From positions 1-64,000 of IMG/VR virus record IMGVR_UViG_2930666980_000001: DNA of 64,000 nt; one strand, 5' to 3'. This document shows positions 1 to 10,341 of the stretch, in pieces. This stretch comes from a virus. Lineage: Duplodnaviria > Caudoviricetes. The notes under the pieces were generated by a model. That model made no database searches and was not told where the DNA came from. It saw only the letters and a program-made list of their open reading frames with translations. A program made the position numbers and the translations under genes. How positions within the stretch are numbered: position 1 is the first letter of the stretch; each line of letters opens with the position of its first letter.

Positions 1-303
1 TCAGGTGTTCGTCGTCCCCCAGTCGTCGCTGCCGTTCTGGCCGCTGCGGTCCCGCAGCGAGCGCACCCGTTCGGAGACGGACACGGGAACCCTGTCCCCG
101 ACCTTCTCGCTCACCGAGTGGTACGCCTTGCCGGCGAAGTCCCGGCCGCCGTGCGCGGCGGACTCCGCCGCGTTCCGCACGGCGGGATTCTCGGCCAGCT
201 GCTGCGCGGCCTTCTTCAGCTGCTCGTAACGCTCGCGCCCGGCTCGCGTGCCGAGCACGTAACCGAGCGCCACTCCGGCGATGAACGTGAGCCGGTACCG
301 CAT
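1..303 (-). CDS. Small conserved host membrane-anchored protein (YtxH-like)
   Basis: MRYRLTFIAGVALGYVLGTRAGRERYEQLKK N-terminus typical of this actinobacterial family; divergent from the tRNA cluster. Confidence 0.75.
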   Translation of the reverse strand: MRYRLTFIAGVALGYVLGTRAGRERYEQLKKAAQQLAENPAVRNAAESAAHGGRDFAGKAYHSVSEKVGDRVPVSVSERVRSLRDRSGQNGSDDWGTTNT

Positions 304-484
304 GGGTGCCACCCTTCCTTCGCTCCGTACGACGTGTCCTGCCCGCCTACCCGCGGACACCCGAGATCACCCCGGGGGATACCGATTGGCGGAGCACCCC
401 CCTGCTTGCGCTAATGTATGTGTCGCAGCGAACGCGCGCCGCTCGGCAGCAGCCAGGCAGGTACGATTCGAGGCACCGCAGCAA

Positions 485-557
485 TCCCCTGTAGCTCAAT
501 TGGCAGAGCAGCCGGCTGTTAACCGGCAGGTTACTGGTTCGAGTCCAGTCGGGGGAG
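485..557 (+). tRNA. tRNA-Asn (GTT)
   Basis: Cloverleaf: acceptor tcccctg/cggggga, anticodon stem gccgg-ctGTTaa-ccggc, T-loop ttcgagt. Confidence 0.97.
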
Positions 558-562
558 CGCGA

Positions 563-635
563 TCCCCTGTAGCTCAATTGGCAGAGCATTCGGCTGTTAA
601 CCGGAGGGTTACTGGTTCGAGTCCAGTCGGGGGAG
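563..635 (+). tRNA. tRNA-Asn (GTT), second copy
   Basis: Near-identical tandem copy with anticodon loop ctGTTaa. Confidence 0.97.
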
Positions 636-646
636 CGAGACGGAAG

Positions 647-668
647 AGGACCCTTCGGGGTCCTTTTT
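647..668 (+). terminator. Intrinsic terminator after the tRNA-Asn pair
   Basis: aggaccc-ttcg-gggtcct hairpin followed by a T-run. Confidence 0.85.
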
Positions 669-846
669 CGTGTGCCCGCACAGGGGTGTCCGTGACTCTT
701 TCGGGGTGTTTCCGTACCGGCGGGAACCGGGCAGCACGCAGCGAGGTCTTCATGGTCACGCGAAGCCGGGCATCCGCAGCAGGAGATCGTATGACCGGCT
801 ATGCTGCGGCAGACGGCGCGCACACGTGTACGCGCCACGCCGATAC

Positions 847-920
847 GGGGCGGTAGCTCAGCCGGTTAGAGCAGCGGACTCATAATCCGTCGGCCGTGGG
901 TTCGAGTCCCACCCGCCCCA
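847..920 (+). tRNA. tRNA with CAT anticodon (probably tRNA-Ile2, otherwise elongator Met); probable prophage integration site
   Basis: Cloverleaf ggggcgg...ccgcccc-a, anticodon loop ctCATaa; G1-C72 pair excludes initiator tRNA. Confidence 0.92.
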
Positions 921-966
921 CCGTGGAGCCGTAACGGTTCACCTAATTGACCTGCGAAAACAGGTA

Positions 967-994
967 GGCCCCCGCAATAGCGGGGGCCTTTTTT
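967..994 (+). terminator. Intrinsic terminator downstream of the tRNA
   Basis: ggcccccgc-aata-gcgggggcc followed by tttttt. Confidence 0.85.
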
Positions 995-1011
995 GTTGCT
1001 CCAAGATCGTC

Positions 1012-1031
1012 TGCTCGCCCAATGCTCGCCC
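1012..1031. repeat. Tandem 9-bp direct repeat, possible integrase arm-type sites
   Basis: TGCTCGCCC-aa-TGCTCGCCC about 90 bp from the tRNA end. Confidence 0.5.
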
Positions 1032-1106
1032 GAAGTGTCGGAGGAGCCTCACGGGCCAACAGGCGATGCGCTTCGTACGGGCGCTCGACGCACGGGGATG
1101 GTCGAG

Positions 1107-1925
1107 CTATCGCACGCAGAGGTCCAGGAGCGGGGTGTCGACGCCGAGGAAACACTCCTCCGGCGAGGCCTGGGAAGGGGGCGCCGCGGTTGGGGTGGTA
1201 GGCGGCTGGGTCGGAGTCGCCTCGCCTGGCTTGGTGGGTGCGCTGGGGGCGTTGGTCTCCGGGGCTGGGTCGCTCGCAGGAGGCGCGGGTACCGCACCGG
1301 CCTCGTCCTTGATGCCGTCGTCCGTGACCGGGTCAGGGGCCGGGCTGCTGCTGGGTGTGGGGATCTTGTCTCGATCGATGCTCTTGAGGAGACGGTCGGT
1401 GAGATTGTCCGGCAGAAGTTGGCTGAGAGGGCTTGCCGCAGCGGCCCGGCGCCTCGCGGCGTCGGCGCTACGTGACGGGACGTCGGGAGTGGCCGTCTCG
1501 CTGGGCTCGTCGGCTGCGCCCGAAGAGGAGGGGGGAGCGAGCTGGAGGGCGTCGCCGCCGGAGGTGAGGGCGAAGGCCCCGACCGCAGCCACGGAGGCCG
1601 CGGCGACAGTGACTGTAGTGGTGGCGACGCGGTGGCCCCGCCAGATGTCGCGAAGCCGGTCGCCCCAGCTGGTGAGGACGGCGACAACGCCGCCGCCGAT
1701 GTAGAGGCTCAGGTGCCTCTTGCTGCGGACAGGTGCGGATTGCTCGGCTCCGGCGGTCGGCGATGACGCGCCGAGGGCGAGGGCCTTGAGCTGATGTACC
1801 GCAAGCTCCGCACTCAGCTGGGTGATACGGGCGCGATCTCGCCGGTGCGCCCGGGAGAGGAGGATCACCGCCAAGGTGGCGGCTCCGAGGACACCGGACA
1901 ACAGCACGACGAGCATGTCTGCCAC
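1107..1925 (-). CDS. Membrane protein with Pro/Thr-rich tail, downstream of the repressor (lysogeny or exclusion candidate)
   Basis: 272-aa ORF with 2-3 hydrophobic segments, same strand as the repressor. Confidence 0.65.
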   Translation of the reverse strand: MADMLVVLLSGVLGAATLAVILLSRAHRRDRARITQLSAELAVHQLKALALGASSPTAGAEQSAPVRSKRHLSLYIGGGVVAVLTSWGDRLRDIWRGHRVATTTVTVAAASVAAVGAFALTSGGDALQLAPPSSSGAADEPSETATPDVPSRSADAARRRAAAASPLSQLLPDNLTDRLLKSIDRDKIPTPSSSPAPDPVTDDGIKDEAGAVPAPPASDPAPETNAPSAPTKPGEATPTQPPTTPTAAPPSQASPEECFLGVDTPLLDLCVR

Positions 1926-2026
1926 ATCAGCCCCTTTTCACAGGATTGTTACTTGATGTGGATGATTGTTTGCCTGAGGTGACTATGGTGCGGTTAGTTC
2001 AACCCGTGACGTATCCGTGACATGGG

Positions 2027-2506
2027 TCACCCGGTCCGTCGGTGCTGGTGTTCGGGCGTTACCCCTTTGGGGGCGTGAGCGGGCGTCATGTACCCGAGAC
2101 GCCGGATGACTTCCTCCTGCGCCTCTGGTGAGAGCGCCGCCATGATGGCGGTCACTGCTTCAAGGGGCGGCGCGTATCCGCCTGCCGGCATGGGTGCGGA
2201 AGGCTGCTCCGCCTGCTGGAGCTCCTCGAGCTCACGTGCTGCGTCCTCGCGCTGCGCCTCGCGGAGCTCTGTCGGCGTGACGCCGACCACCTGCGCCATG
2301 CGGGCGAGCGTGTCGGCCGGGGCGCGTACTGGGGCGGGGGACCCGCTCACTGACTGGTAGCCACTGACGATCTGCCTCCAGCGGGCATCGCTGAGGTCTG
2401 CCTGACGGGCTGCTTTGCGGGCGGACAGGCCGGATTTCTTGAGTGCTGAGGCGATCATCACGGCCTCCGGTGGGGGGCCAGGGCGCGACGACGAGTTCAT
2501 GCGCAC
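2027..2506 (-). CDS. XRE-family HTH protein, probable immunity repressor
   Basis: GLSARKAARQADLSDARWRQIVSG...TLARMAQVVGV; divergent from a Cro-like gene. Confidence 0.8.
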   Translation of the reverse strand: MRMNSSSRPGPPPEAVMIASALKKSGLSARKAARQADLSDARWRQIVSGYQSVSGSPAPVRAPADTLARMAQVVGVTPTELREAQREDAARELEELQQAEQPSAPMPAGGYAPPLEAVTAIMAALSPEAQEEVIRRLGYMTPAHAPKGVTPEHQHRRTG

Positions 2507-2673
2507 AGGTTCGCATGACTACGCGCTACTGCGCTACAGCACCTAGGCGCATGGCGCATTTGAAGCGTTTGAGTGCGTAGTTCTGCGCCCTATGTACGCC
2601 CCTGTCCCGCTCTGCTGCGCACTGGCGCGCTAGTTCCTTGCACTACGCACTACTACGCGCTAGCGTTTCAATC
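2507..2673. promoter_or_regulatory. Lysis/lysogeny switch region with repeated ACTACGC-like operators and a rightward promoter
   Basis: actacgc at ~2518, ~2642, ~2652 and inverted gcgtagt at ~2575; TTGCAC-17 bp-TAGCGT ends 7 nt before ATG 2674 (leaderless). Confidence 0.7.
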
Positions 2674-3027
2674 ATGAACGTCCCGCAAAGGCGGCGCCCT
2701 CGTGGCGCCCCGTTTCACCATGCGCCGGAGGCCGTCACGTACGCCCGGGAACAAGCGGGCTTCACGAAGACGCATCTGGCCGCGACCTGCGGATTCAGCC
2801 TTCAACTGCTCTGCGACATCGAGGCCGGGCGGCGCAATGCCACCCCCGAGAAGTTGGAGCTGCTCGCCACGGCGCTCAAGTGCCCCGTGGTCGTCCTGGA
2901 GGCGAAGCGCGTACTTCCGGCCGATCGTGCCGGCACTCGCGTCGAGCAGGGCTCTGCGGTCACTGCCTCCGCGCCTTCACCCGGGGCCTCTGAGCCTGCC
3001 CCCGGGGAGATACGCGCCGCCTCCTGA
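2674..3027 (+). CDS. Cro-like XRE HTH regulator
   Basis: AREQAGFTKTHLAATCGFSLQLLCDIEAGRRNAT..LATALKC. Confidence 0.85.
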   Translation: MNVPQRRRPRGAPFHHAPEAVTYAREQAGFTKTHLAATCGFSLQLLCDIEAGRRNATPEKLELLATALKCPVVVLEAKRVLPADRAGTRVEQGSAVTASAPSPGASEPAPGEIRAAS

Positions 3028-3118
3028 CGGCGCCGGGGCTGCCCGGACCCTGCTCCGGTCCTTGGACAGCCCCGCTCACCAGGCAACACCTCAACCACAG
3101 CGAATCGAGGTCATTACC

Positions 3119-3457
3119 TTGGCAAGCAACTGTAGTGCTCAGCTCGGCGCGGCGCGTGCGCTCGTCGACCTGATGCGTGATCACCAGCAGCTCGGTGTAC
3201 TGGAGTGGACTCTCACCCCGGTCGGCGTGCTGCTCGGGCAGCAGACGGCGGTGGAGGGGCGCGGCGAGATCATCGCCGAGTGCGCCCGTGTCCTCGGCGG
3301 TACGCCCGTGAGCGTGAGGGCCGACGTTGACGGCTCCGGCTTCGCGGAGCTCGTGACCGTGTGGCGCGGCGTGAACGTCAAGGTCTGGGTCACGTACTCC
3401 GTCCCGGCCCCGCCCCGTGCGCTGGGCACCGTCGTCCCTGCGGGCGGTGGGCGCTGA
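3119..3457 (+). CDS. Hypothetical phage protein
   Basis: TTG start after gagg; stop coupled to the next gene. Confidence 0.55.
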   Translation: MASNCSAQLGAARALVDLMRDHQQLGVLEWTLTPVGVLLGQQTAVEGRGEIIAECARVLGGTPVSVRADVDGSGFAELVTVWRGVNVKVWVTYSVPAPPRALGTVVPAGGGR

Positions 3458-3898
3458 TGAGCTCCCTGATCCTCGCCGCCATGGCGGCCTGCGTCTTCCT
3501 GCTCCCGCTGTCGATCCTGGCCTACCGCCGGGCGACGGCTCCGGCGGAGGAGGCCCACGAGATCGACGGGTGCCGTCACTGCTCCGAGGTCCTGCGGCAC
3601 CCCAAGCACAGGGAGACCCGGGCGGCCCTCGCGGCGATGATCCCGGCCCAGGCGAAGGGCGGCCGGTGATGGCACACGACGCCACGATCACGCCCCGCCA
3701 CCCGGATCGCTCCCTGTGCGGCGACGACCTCACGAAGGCCTCTGCTGTAGAGCACGGGTGCCCGGGTCAGGCGGACCGCCTCATGACGTGCTCGTGCGGT
3801 TGGGAGAGGGCAGGCCGCTCCTCCGGTCGCCTCGTCGCTCAGCACCGTGTGCACAGCGTCCGGGCGTCCGTCCTGGTTCAGACGAAGGGCGGCCGGTC

Positions 3899-4669
3899 GT
3901 GACCCGTCGGTCTGACTGGGCGTCGCACGACCACGCCGCTGTCGCGGAGAACGCCCGTGCTGAGCGCGGGACTTGGCTGATGGCTGGTGTCTACGGGACG
4001 AAGGGGTCGGCGGCGTCTGCGGCCAAGAAGGCCCCGATGGCCCAGGACATGCCGGCATACGCACCGGCCGGGTCATTCGAGGCGTACGCCGTCATGCACC
4101 CCGACGGCTGGGCCCTGTGGGTTCGGTACGTCGCCGGAGACGAGCCGGTCCCGGAGCTCCCGGAGCGCATGACCGTCCGGGTCTGCGACTGGCTGAGCGA
4201 CGAGGAGGCCGACGGCGTCGGCGTCGTGACCGTCACAGTGGCGGCCCGCTGCTCGACGTGCGGCGGTCCCCGCGGGCACGACACCCTCGCCGCGCAGGAG
4301 TTCACCGACGGCGGTGTCGAGTTCACCGTCGACCGGTGGACGAACCCGTGCGGTCACCTCGACACGTACGACGCGATCCTCCATGAGGCCCGGTTCCGGC
4401 CTCTCCCGGAGCCGTCGAGCGGTCCGGCTGGCCTGGTGCTTGAGGACGTGCCGGAGCCCCCAGCGCCGGACAGCCCGGCCGGGGTCGTCCTGGCCGCTGC
4501 CGACGCCTGGCGCGGGATGCGGGCAAAGGCAGCCATCGAGGTTCTCGACAAGCACGGCTTTGCCGAGGACGCCGACCGGGTCGCCCTCATGCTCCGCAAG
4601 GCCCGGACCCATGGGCACATCTCGGCCCGGCAGATCGCGCACTGGCTGCACGTGGGCGGTGACGCCTGA
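3899..4669 (+). CDS. Hypothetical phage protein with CxxC and CGH motifs
   Basis: GTGA overlap with upstream ORF; RCSTCGGPRG...WTNPCGH. Confidence 0.65.
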   Translation: MTRRSDWASHDHAAVAENARAERGTWLMAGVYGTKGSAASAAKKAPMAQDMPAYAPAGSFEAYAVMHPDGWALWVRYVAGDEPVPELPERMTVRVCDWLSDEEADGVGVVTVTVAARCSTCGGPRGHDTLAAQEFTDGGVEFTVDRWTNPCGHLDTYDAILHEARFRPLPEPSSGPAGLVLEDVPEPPAPDSPAGVVLAAADAWRGMRAKAAIEVLDKHGFAEDADRVALMLRKARTHGHISARQIAHWLHVGGDA

Positions 4670-4964
4670 TGGCCGGCATCCCCACCGTCGCCACGGTGGC
4701 CGCGCTGCGCGTCGAGTCGTCGCACGACCCGGAGCGGTTCCGTTGGCTGGTCCGCGACATCGAGCGCGGCCTCCGTGACGGTCACCGCCTGCTCGACCTG
4801 GCGACGTCCGCATGGACGGACCGCGACGTGGTCCTCCTCGCCGCGCAGATCGAGGCCATGGCCGGGATGCGCCGGGTCGACTCCCTCTCTCACCCCTACC
4901 GCTGCAAGTGCGGGCCCTGTCGGGTCCGCACTCAGCTCATGAAGTCCAGGAAGGACGACGACGC

Positions 4965-6029
4965 ATGACGATCACCACCGAGCTGGCCGGGGCCCTGGCC
5001 CCGGCCGCCGGTCGGCCCGAAGCGCCGACCGCCCGTCTCCTTCTGCCCGCGACCGCGTCCGCCGAGGAGTGGCACGCCACTCGCGCGGCCGGCATCGGCG
5101 GCTCCGACATCGCCGCCATCCTCGGCCTCGACAAGTACAAGAGCCCTCGCCATGTGTACGAGGCCAAGCACGGCCGCGGCGACAAGGTCACCAGCGAGGC
5201 CGCCGAGATCGGTGTCGAGATCGAAGACTTCATCGCGACCCTCTTCGGGAAGCGGGCGGAGGTCCCGATCGGTACGCCGTCCGGGACGCTCGTGAACCTC
5301 GAGCGGTCGTGGATGCTCGCCAACGTCGACCGGTACGCCCTCGACCCGGAGACCGGCGCGGTCGTCGCTCCGATCGAGTGCAAGAACCGGTCGGAGTACC
5401 AGCTCGACGACTGGGAGGACGGCGTCCCTGACGCGCCTGCCCTGCAAGCGCACTGGTACATGGCCGTCGGCGGCTGGTCGTACGCGTGGGTCGTCGCCCT
5501 CGTCGGCGGCAACAAGCTCAAGTACCACCGGCTGGAGCGGGATGAGGACCTGATCGGTGAGCTCGTCGCTCACTGCGGGGGCTGGTTCCAGCGGCACATC
5601 GTGGAGGGCCACCCGCCTCCGGCTGACGGCCTCGCCGCGACGAAGGAGCTCCTCGGCCGCCTGTGGCAGGTGAAGCCGGAGGAGGTCGCGACCGTCGACC
5701 TGGCCAAGGCGAAGGACCTGCGCGCCCGTCGCGCGGAGCTCAGGGCCCAGGCGAAGGACGTCGAGACCCAGCTCAACGAGGTTGAGAACGAGATGCGACT
5801 CCTCACGGAGGACGCCGCCGTGGCCAAGGTCGGCACGGCAATCGCCTGGACGTGGAAGCAAAACGGCGCCTTCGCCTCGAAGCGCTTCCGCGAGGCCATG
5901 CCGGAGCTCGCCGCCCGGTACACCCGGATGCTCCCGGCCCTCGACATGGACGCCCTCAAGGAGGAGCAGCCCGACGTCTACGGCCAGTTCCGCGCCCGTG
6001 TCCTGAACGTTCCCAAGAAGGAGATCTGA
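4965..6029 (+). CDS. YqaJ-like viral recombination exonuclease
   Basis: W..TR..GIGGSDIAAILG, WMLANVDR, IECKN, QAHWYMAV motifs; adjacent to recT. Confidence 0.93.
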   Translation: MTITTELAGALAPAAGRPEAPTARLLLPATASAEEWHATRAAGIGGSDIAAILGLDKYKSPRHVYEAKHGRGDKVTSEAAEIGVEIEDFIATLFGKRAEVPIGTPSGTLVNLERSWMLANVDRYALDPETGAVVAPIECKNRSEYQLDDWEDGVPDAPALQAHWYMAVGGWSYAWVVALVGGNKLKYHRLERDEDLIGELVAHCGGWFQRHIVEGHPPPADGLAATKELLGRLWQVKPEEVATVDLAKAKDLRARRAELRAQAKDVETQLNEVENEMRLLTEDAAVAKVGTAIAWTWKQNGAFASKRFREAMPELAARYTRMLPALDMDALKEEQPDVYGQFRARVLNVPKKEI

Positions 6030-6030
6030 C

Positions 6031-7053
6031 ATGGCTGCCTCCAGCCTCATGGACCGGGTGAAGGTCGCGACGTCGGCCCCCGTCCCGGCCGCCCGCCGCT
6101 CCGCGCGTGCGGACGGCTCCCAGCACGACCAGGCGGCCGACACCGCTCCCGCTGCCGGCACGGAGTCGGCTGACGCAGCGCTCGTCTGGCTGCGCCGGTA
6201 CGAGTCGCATTTCGTCGACGCCCTTCCGGCCTGCGTGGACAGCGGCCAGTTCTTCGCCGCCGTGCGGGCCCTGCTCCCGGACCTGATCCGGCGGGAGTGC
6301 TCCCCGGCGAGCATGTTGCAGAGCCTGCTTACCTGCGCCCGGTTCGGGCTGATCCCGGACGGTCGGCACGCCGCTATCAGCGTGGAGTCCAGGCAGGCCG
6401 TATTCATCCCGATGTACCAGGGCTACATCGACCTGATGTACCGGTCCGGGCGGGTCGAGTCGGTACGGGTCGGGCTGGTCCACCAGGCCGACGACTGGAG
6501 TTACGAGCCGAGCGCGCCGTCCCCGGACGACTTCACGCACAGGGCGCGCGTCGAGCTGCCGAAGGCGGAGCGCGGGCCGGTCGTCCTGGCCTACGCGTTC
6601 TGCTGGCTCGCCGGGGGTGCCCGGTCGCAGGTGATCGTCCTGTCCCGGGAGGACGCCGAGGAGATCCGCGACGAGCACAGCACGGCGTACCAGCGGGCGG
6701 AGGAGTCGGGTAAGCGGGATTCGTTCTGGCACCTGCGCTTTGACCACATGTGGGCGAAGTCCGCGATCCGTCGCCTGGCGCCGCTCGTCCCGACGTCGGC
6801 GGAGCTCCGGGCGCTGGTCGCGGTCGAGGACGCGGGCGACGCGGGGAAGCCGCAGATCCTCCTCGCGCCGCTGACGGACGCTGAGACGGCCGCGCTGGTC
6901 GCTGACGCCGAGCAGGCCGCCGAGCACGCGGAAGGGTCGCAGGAGGCGGCGCTCCGGCCGCTGCCGGTCAAGGCTTCCGCTGCTCGCCGGGGCCGCTCGA
7001 AGCCCAAGAAGGACCGGGCGGCCGGCAGGGCCTCGAGGAGGCGCGCGGCATGA
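6031..7053 (+). CDS. recT: RecT-family single-strand annealing protein
   Basis: CSPASM..SL..CA.FGL.P, FIPMYQGYIDLMYRSG, FW...FDHMWAKSAIRRL...PTS motifs. Confidence 0.93.
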   Translation: MAASSLMDRVKVATSAPVPAARRSARADGSQHDQAADTAPAAGTESADAALVWLRRYESHFVDALPACVDSGQFFAAVRALLPDLIRRECSPASMLQSLLTCARFGLIPDGRHAAISVESRQAVFIPMYQGYIDLMYRSGRVESVRVGLVHQADDWSYEPSAPSPDDFTHRARVELPKAERGPVVLAYAFCWLAGGARSQVIVLSREDAEEIRDEHSTAYQRAEESGKRDSFWHLRFDHMWAKSAIRRLAPLVPTSAELRALVAVEDAGDAGKPQILLAPLTDAETAALVADAEQAAEHAEGSQEAALRPLPVKASAARRGRSKPKKDRAAGRASRRRAA

Positions 7054-7799
7054 ACCTGTGGCACCGCCGCCCGCTGATCGGGCTCGACCTGGAGACGACC
7101 GGGGTGGACCCGGAGACCGACCGCATCGTGACCGGCAGCGTCGTCCACTTCGGTGGCGGCGCGCCGACCGAGGGCCAGTCCTGGCTGTCGGACGCGGGCG
7201 GCGTCGAGATCCCGGCCGGGGCCACGGCGGTGCACGGCATCACCACGGAGGCGGCCCGCGGTGCGGGCCGCCCCGCGGGGGTCGTCGTCGCCGAGATGAT
7301 CGACGCCGTTGTGGCGTCGGTCGCGGACGGCCTCCCCCTGGTCGCGATGAACGCGACCTTCGACCTGACGATGCTCGACCGCGAGGCGCGCCGGCATGGT
7401 GTCGTTCCGCTGGTCGACCGGGCGACGCCGTACGTCCTCGACCCGAAGGTCTTGGACAAGAGGGCCGACCGGTTCCGCAAGGGCGGCCGGACGCTGACGG
7501 ACCTGTGCCGTCACTACGTCGTCCCCCTCGACGGGGCGCATACCTCCGACGCTGACGCGGTCGCCGCCTGTGCGGTGACGTGGAAGCTGACGAACCGGTA
7601 CCGGTGGCTGGCCCGTATGTCGCTCTCCGAGCTCCACAGCGCTCAGGTGCTGTGGGCCGCCGAGCAGGCGGCCGAGCTCCGCGCGTACTTCGAGCGGACG
7701 CCCGGCAAAGAGGACTGGGTCAGTGGGGTCCGCCTCGAGTGGCCGATCCTCCCGGCGCCGAGGGCAGGTGACGAGGCGTGTCCGAGCTCTCGGCCCTGA
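7050..7799 (+). CDS. DEDDh 3'-5' exonuclease (DnaQ-like)
   Basis: LDLETTG, VHGIT, NATFD, AHTSDADA motifs. Confidence 0.93.
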   Translation: MNLWHRRPLIGLDLETTGVDPETDRIVTGSVVHFGGGAPTEGQSWLSDAGGVEIPAGATAVHGITTEAARGAGRPAGVVVAEMIDAVVASVADGLPLVAMNATFDLTMLDREARRHGVVPLVDRATPYVLDPKVLDKRADRFRKGGRTLTDLCRHYVVPLDGAHTSDADAVAACAVTWKLTNRYRWLARMSLSELHSAQVLWAAEQAAELRAYFERTPGKEDWVSGVRLEWPILPAPRAGDEACPSSRP

Positions 7800-8145
7800 C
7801 CGGCGCCCTCCTCGGCGTGTGCGCTGCCGGCATCAGCTGGGCGGTGGTCCGGCTGCTGGTCGACGCGGCGCGCTGCCTCCGCCAGGCGCGCCCGGCGGCC
7901 CCTGCTCCCCGTACGGCGGCCGTCCCTTCGGGGGCGGCCGTCGCCCCTCCTCCCGCGTCGGTCGTGGACGACGTCGCGGTCCAGGAGGGCCAGGAGGGCG
8001 CCCTCGCCGCGCGCATCGCGGCCGGTGAAGTCGACGCCCTCGACTACGCCATCTGTCCGGCTGAGAGCCGGACGACTCCTCACGCACTGCACGCCGACGG
8101 CTCCCGTCGCTGCTGGCAGTGCCACCACACCACGGCAGGTAGCTG

Positions 8146-8847
8146 ATGAGTGACGTGATCGAACCGTTTGAGCCGGAGTACGTCCGGCCCGCACAGGCGC
8201 CGTGTCCCAACTGTTTTTGCTGCTCCGGCGACTTGTGCGAGCGCGGCCGGGCGAGCGCGAAGCAGTGTCATGGGCTGACGTCCGACGAGTGCCGGGAGAC
8301 CGTGCACGGCTGCCCGTGCTCGGCCGCGACGACCCGGGGGACGTACGCCTACAAGGTGGCGCTGATCCGGGTGACGCGGCTGGCGACGGAGATGCCTCTC
8401 CTGCCGCCCGTCGAGAGTCTGCTCCGGACCCTCGTCGACGGTGAGGAGGTCGACGTCGAGGCGGAGGGCCTGGCGCTGCTCAAGGTCCGGGGCCTGGCGG
8501 ACGTCCTTGACGGCCGTGTCGTCCTGACGTCGCTCGGCCGCCGGTACCTGGTCGCCCGCGGTGAGCACCGGTACAGGACGCCGGTCGAGGTGCTGTCCGT
8601 GGACGTGAAGGCCCGGACCGTTGAGGCGGTCGTCGTGGGCTGGCACACGACGGAGCCGGTGACGCTGCTCCTCGACCAGGTCGCCGCGGAAAGCAAGGTG
8701 CCACCGGTCGAGCTGGTTGCCGGCATGTTCTTCGAGGCTGAGGCGAACTGCCGGACGGAGGACGTCGAGGAGCTCGTCCTCACCGACATCCGTGTCGCTC
8801 CGCCGCTCCCCAAGGGCTGGATGAACGGCGGCGGCCCCGATGCCTGA
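8146..8847 (+). CDS. Cys-rich hypothetical phage protein
   Basis: CPNCFCCSGDLC...C...CPC N-terminus; translationally coupled. Confidence 0.65.
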   Translation: MSDVIEPFEPEYVRPAQAPCPNCFCCSGDLCERGRASAKQCHGLTSDECRETVHGCPCSAATTRGTYAYKVALIRVTRLATEMPLLPPVESLLRTLVDGEEVDVEAEGLALLKVRGLADVLDGRVVLTSLGRRYLVARGEHRYRTPVEVLSVDVKARTVEAVVVGWHTTEPVTLLLDQVAAESKVPPVELVAGMFFEAEANCRTEDVEELVLTDIRVAPPLPKGWMNGGGPDA

Positions 8848-9439
8848 ACGCAAGTCGCCGAAGCTCGCCCTGTTCGGTAGCTGGTCCGAGGAGGCTGTCC
8901 GGCCGGGGCCTCGAGTCGTCGGCGTGGACACGAGTCTGTCCGCCACCGGCCTCGCGAGCTCCGAGGGCTGGTGCCGGGTCATCGGCTACGTGGACAAGAA
9001 GCACCCGATCACCAAGCTCCCGCACCTGGTGCGGCTGGCCGAGATGCGGCGCGTCCTGGTCGAGGTGACGGAGACGATCGGCCGCCCGGACCTCGCGGTG
9101 ATGGAACTGCCCGCGCTGTCCCGTGCCGGCGGTGGTGCGCACGAACGCGGCTGGCTCTGGTGGCGCGTGTACGAGCACCTCGCCGACATCGGTGTCCCGG
9201 TCGGCCTGATGGCGCCGAACCTCCGGATCCACTACGCGACCGGCAAGGGGACCGGGCAGAAGACGGCCGTGGTCGACGCGGTCGCCCGGCGCTGGCCGGA
9301 CTGGCAGACCGGTGGCGAGGACAACGCGGTGGACGCCGTGGTGTTGATGGCGGCTGGTCGGGACTGGTTGCTGAGCCCGGTCGGGGACGTCCCGAAGGCG
9401 CACCGGACCGCCGTGGAAAAAGCCGTGTGGCCGGAGTGA
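8840..9439 (+). CDS. RuvC-like Holliday junction resolvase
   Basis: VVGVDTSLSATGLA, AVME, YATGKG..K, DNAVDA motifs. Confidence 0.85.
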   Translation: MPERKSPKLALFGSWSEEAVRPGPRVVGVDTSLSATGLASSEGWCRVIGYVDKKHPITKLPHLVRLAEMRRVLVEVTETIGRPDLAVMELPALSRAGGGAHERGWLWWRVYEHLADIGVPVGLMAPNLRIHYATGKGTGQKTAVVDAVARRWPDWQTGGEDNAVDAVVLMAAGRDWLLSPVGDVPKAHRTAVEKAVWPE

Positions 9440-10044
9440 GTACCGCGGTCGAGACTGCTGCAGCGCTGGACGCCGCCGGGGCCGTGTGCCCCGGCGGCGC
9501 CCGGGCGCTCAGCGCTGCCCCGGCCGCCGCAGGGCCGGGGCGCTTCCCCCCGTCGACGACGTGGGCGCAGGCCTTCGCTCTGCGGACGGTCGCCGTCGAG
9601 GACGAGCACGTGCACTGGACCGGGTCGGTGTCGGAGCACGGGACGCCCGTGCTCCGGCTGCGGAACGACCAGATGTCGGCGTACCGGTACGCGTTCCGCC
9701 TCGAGTACGGCCGGGAGCCGGAGGGGCGGTTGTCGTCGACGTGCGCATACGAGGTGTGCGTGGCCGGCATCCACCTCGAGGACCGGCACATGCGTGACGT
9801 CGGGCTGCACCGGATCCCCGTGGGGGCGACGTGGCACGCCGGTATGGACCTGGTGGCTGTGCGCCGGGCGCTGAGCGGTGTGCCGCCGCGGCCGACGCTC
9901 CGCGAGGAAGAGGAGCGGTACGCGGTCGTCGTGGGGACGGGGCGCGGCCTGTCCGCGGAGGAGCTCGCCCAGCGGCTTGGGATCGCGCCGAGGACGGTCG
10001 TCCGGTGGCGGACGGAGGCAGGGATCGGTGAGACCGGTGCTTGA
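9436..10044 (+). CDS. Degenerate HNH-like domain with C-terminal HTH
   Basis: WTG...AYRYAF...CAYEVCVAGIHLED; GLSAEELAQRLGIAPRTVVRWR. Confidence 0.65.
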   Translation: MSTAVETAAALDAAGAVCPGGARALSAAPAAAGPGRFPPSTTWAQAFALRTVAVEDEHVHWTGSVSEHGTPVLRLRNDQMSAYRYAFRLEYGREPEGRLSSTCAYEVCVAGIHLEDRHMRDVGLHRIPVGATWHAGMDLVAVRRALSGVPPRPTLREEEERYAVVVGTGRGLSAEELAQRLGIAPRTVVRWRTEAGIGETGA

Positions 10045-10341
10045 CGTCCTCCTCTTCATCTTCCTCGGCGGCGTGGTGCTCGTCTCGACGGCGCCCGTCT
10101 GGGGGCCGGTCCTCCTGGCGGTCGTCCTGCCCTTCGCCGTCCGCGCGGTCTGGCGTCGGCTGCGGCCGACCGGCCGGCATCGCGGCCCGGGGACACCTGC
10201 CCGGACATGTGCCCGGACGTCTGCGGACACCGGTCCGGACCCGGCCGCCGACCACTCCCTGATCTGCGCGGACACGTATCCGGACGTGTCCGCGGACACC
10301 GATCCGGACCTCTCCGGACACGACGACGCAGGAGAACGCTG

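Noticed and set aside
485-635. Tandem tRNA-Asn pair as an att duplication
   Set aside because: Both are complete genes with a shared terminator, an ordinary host arrangement.
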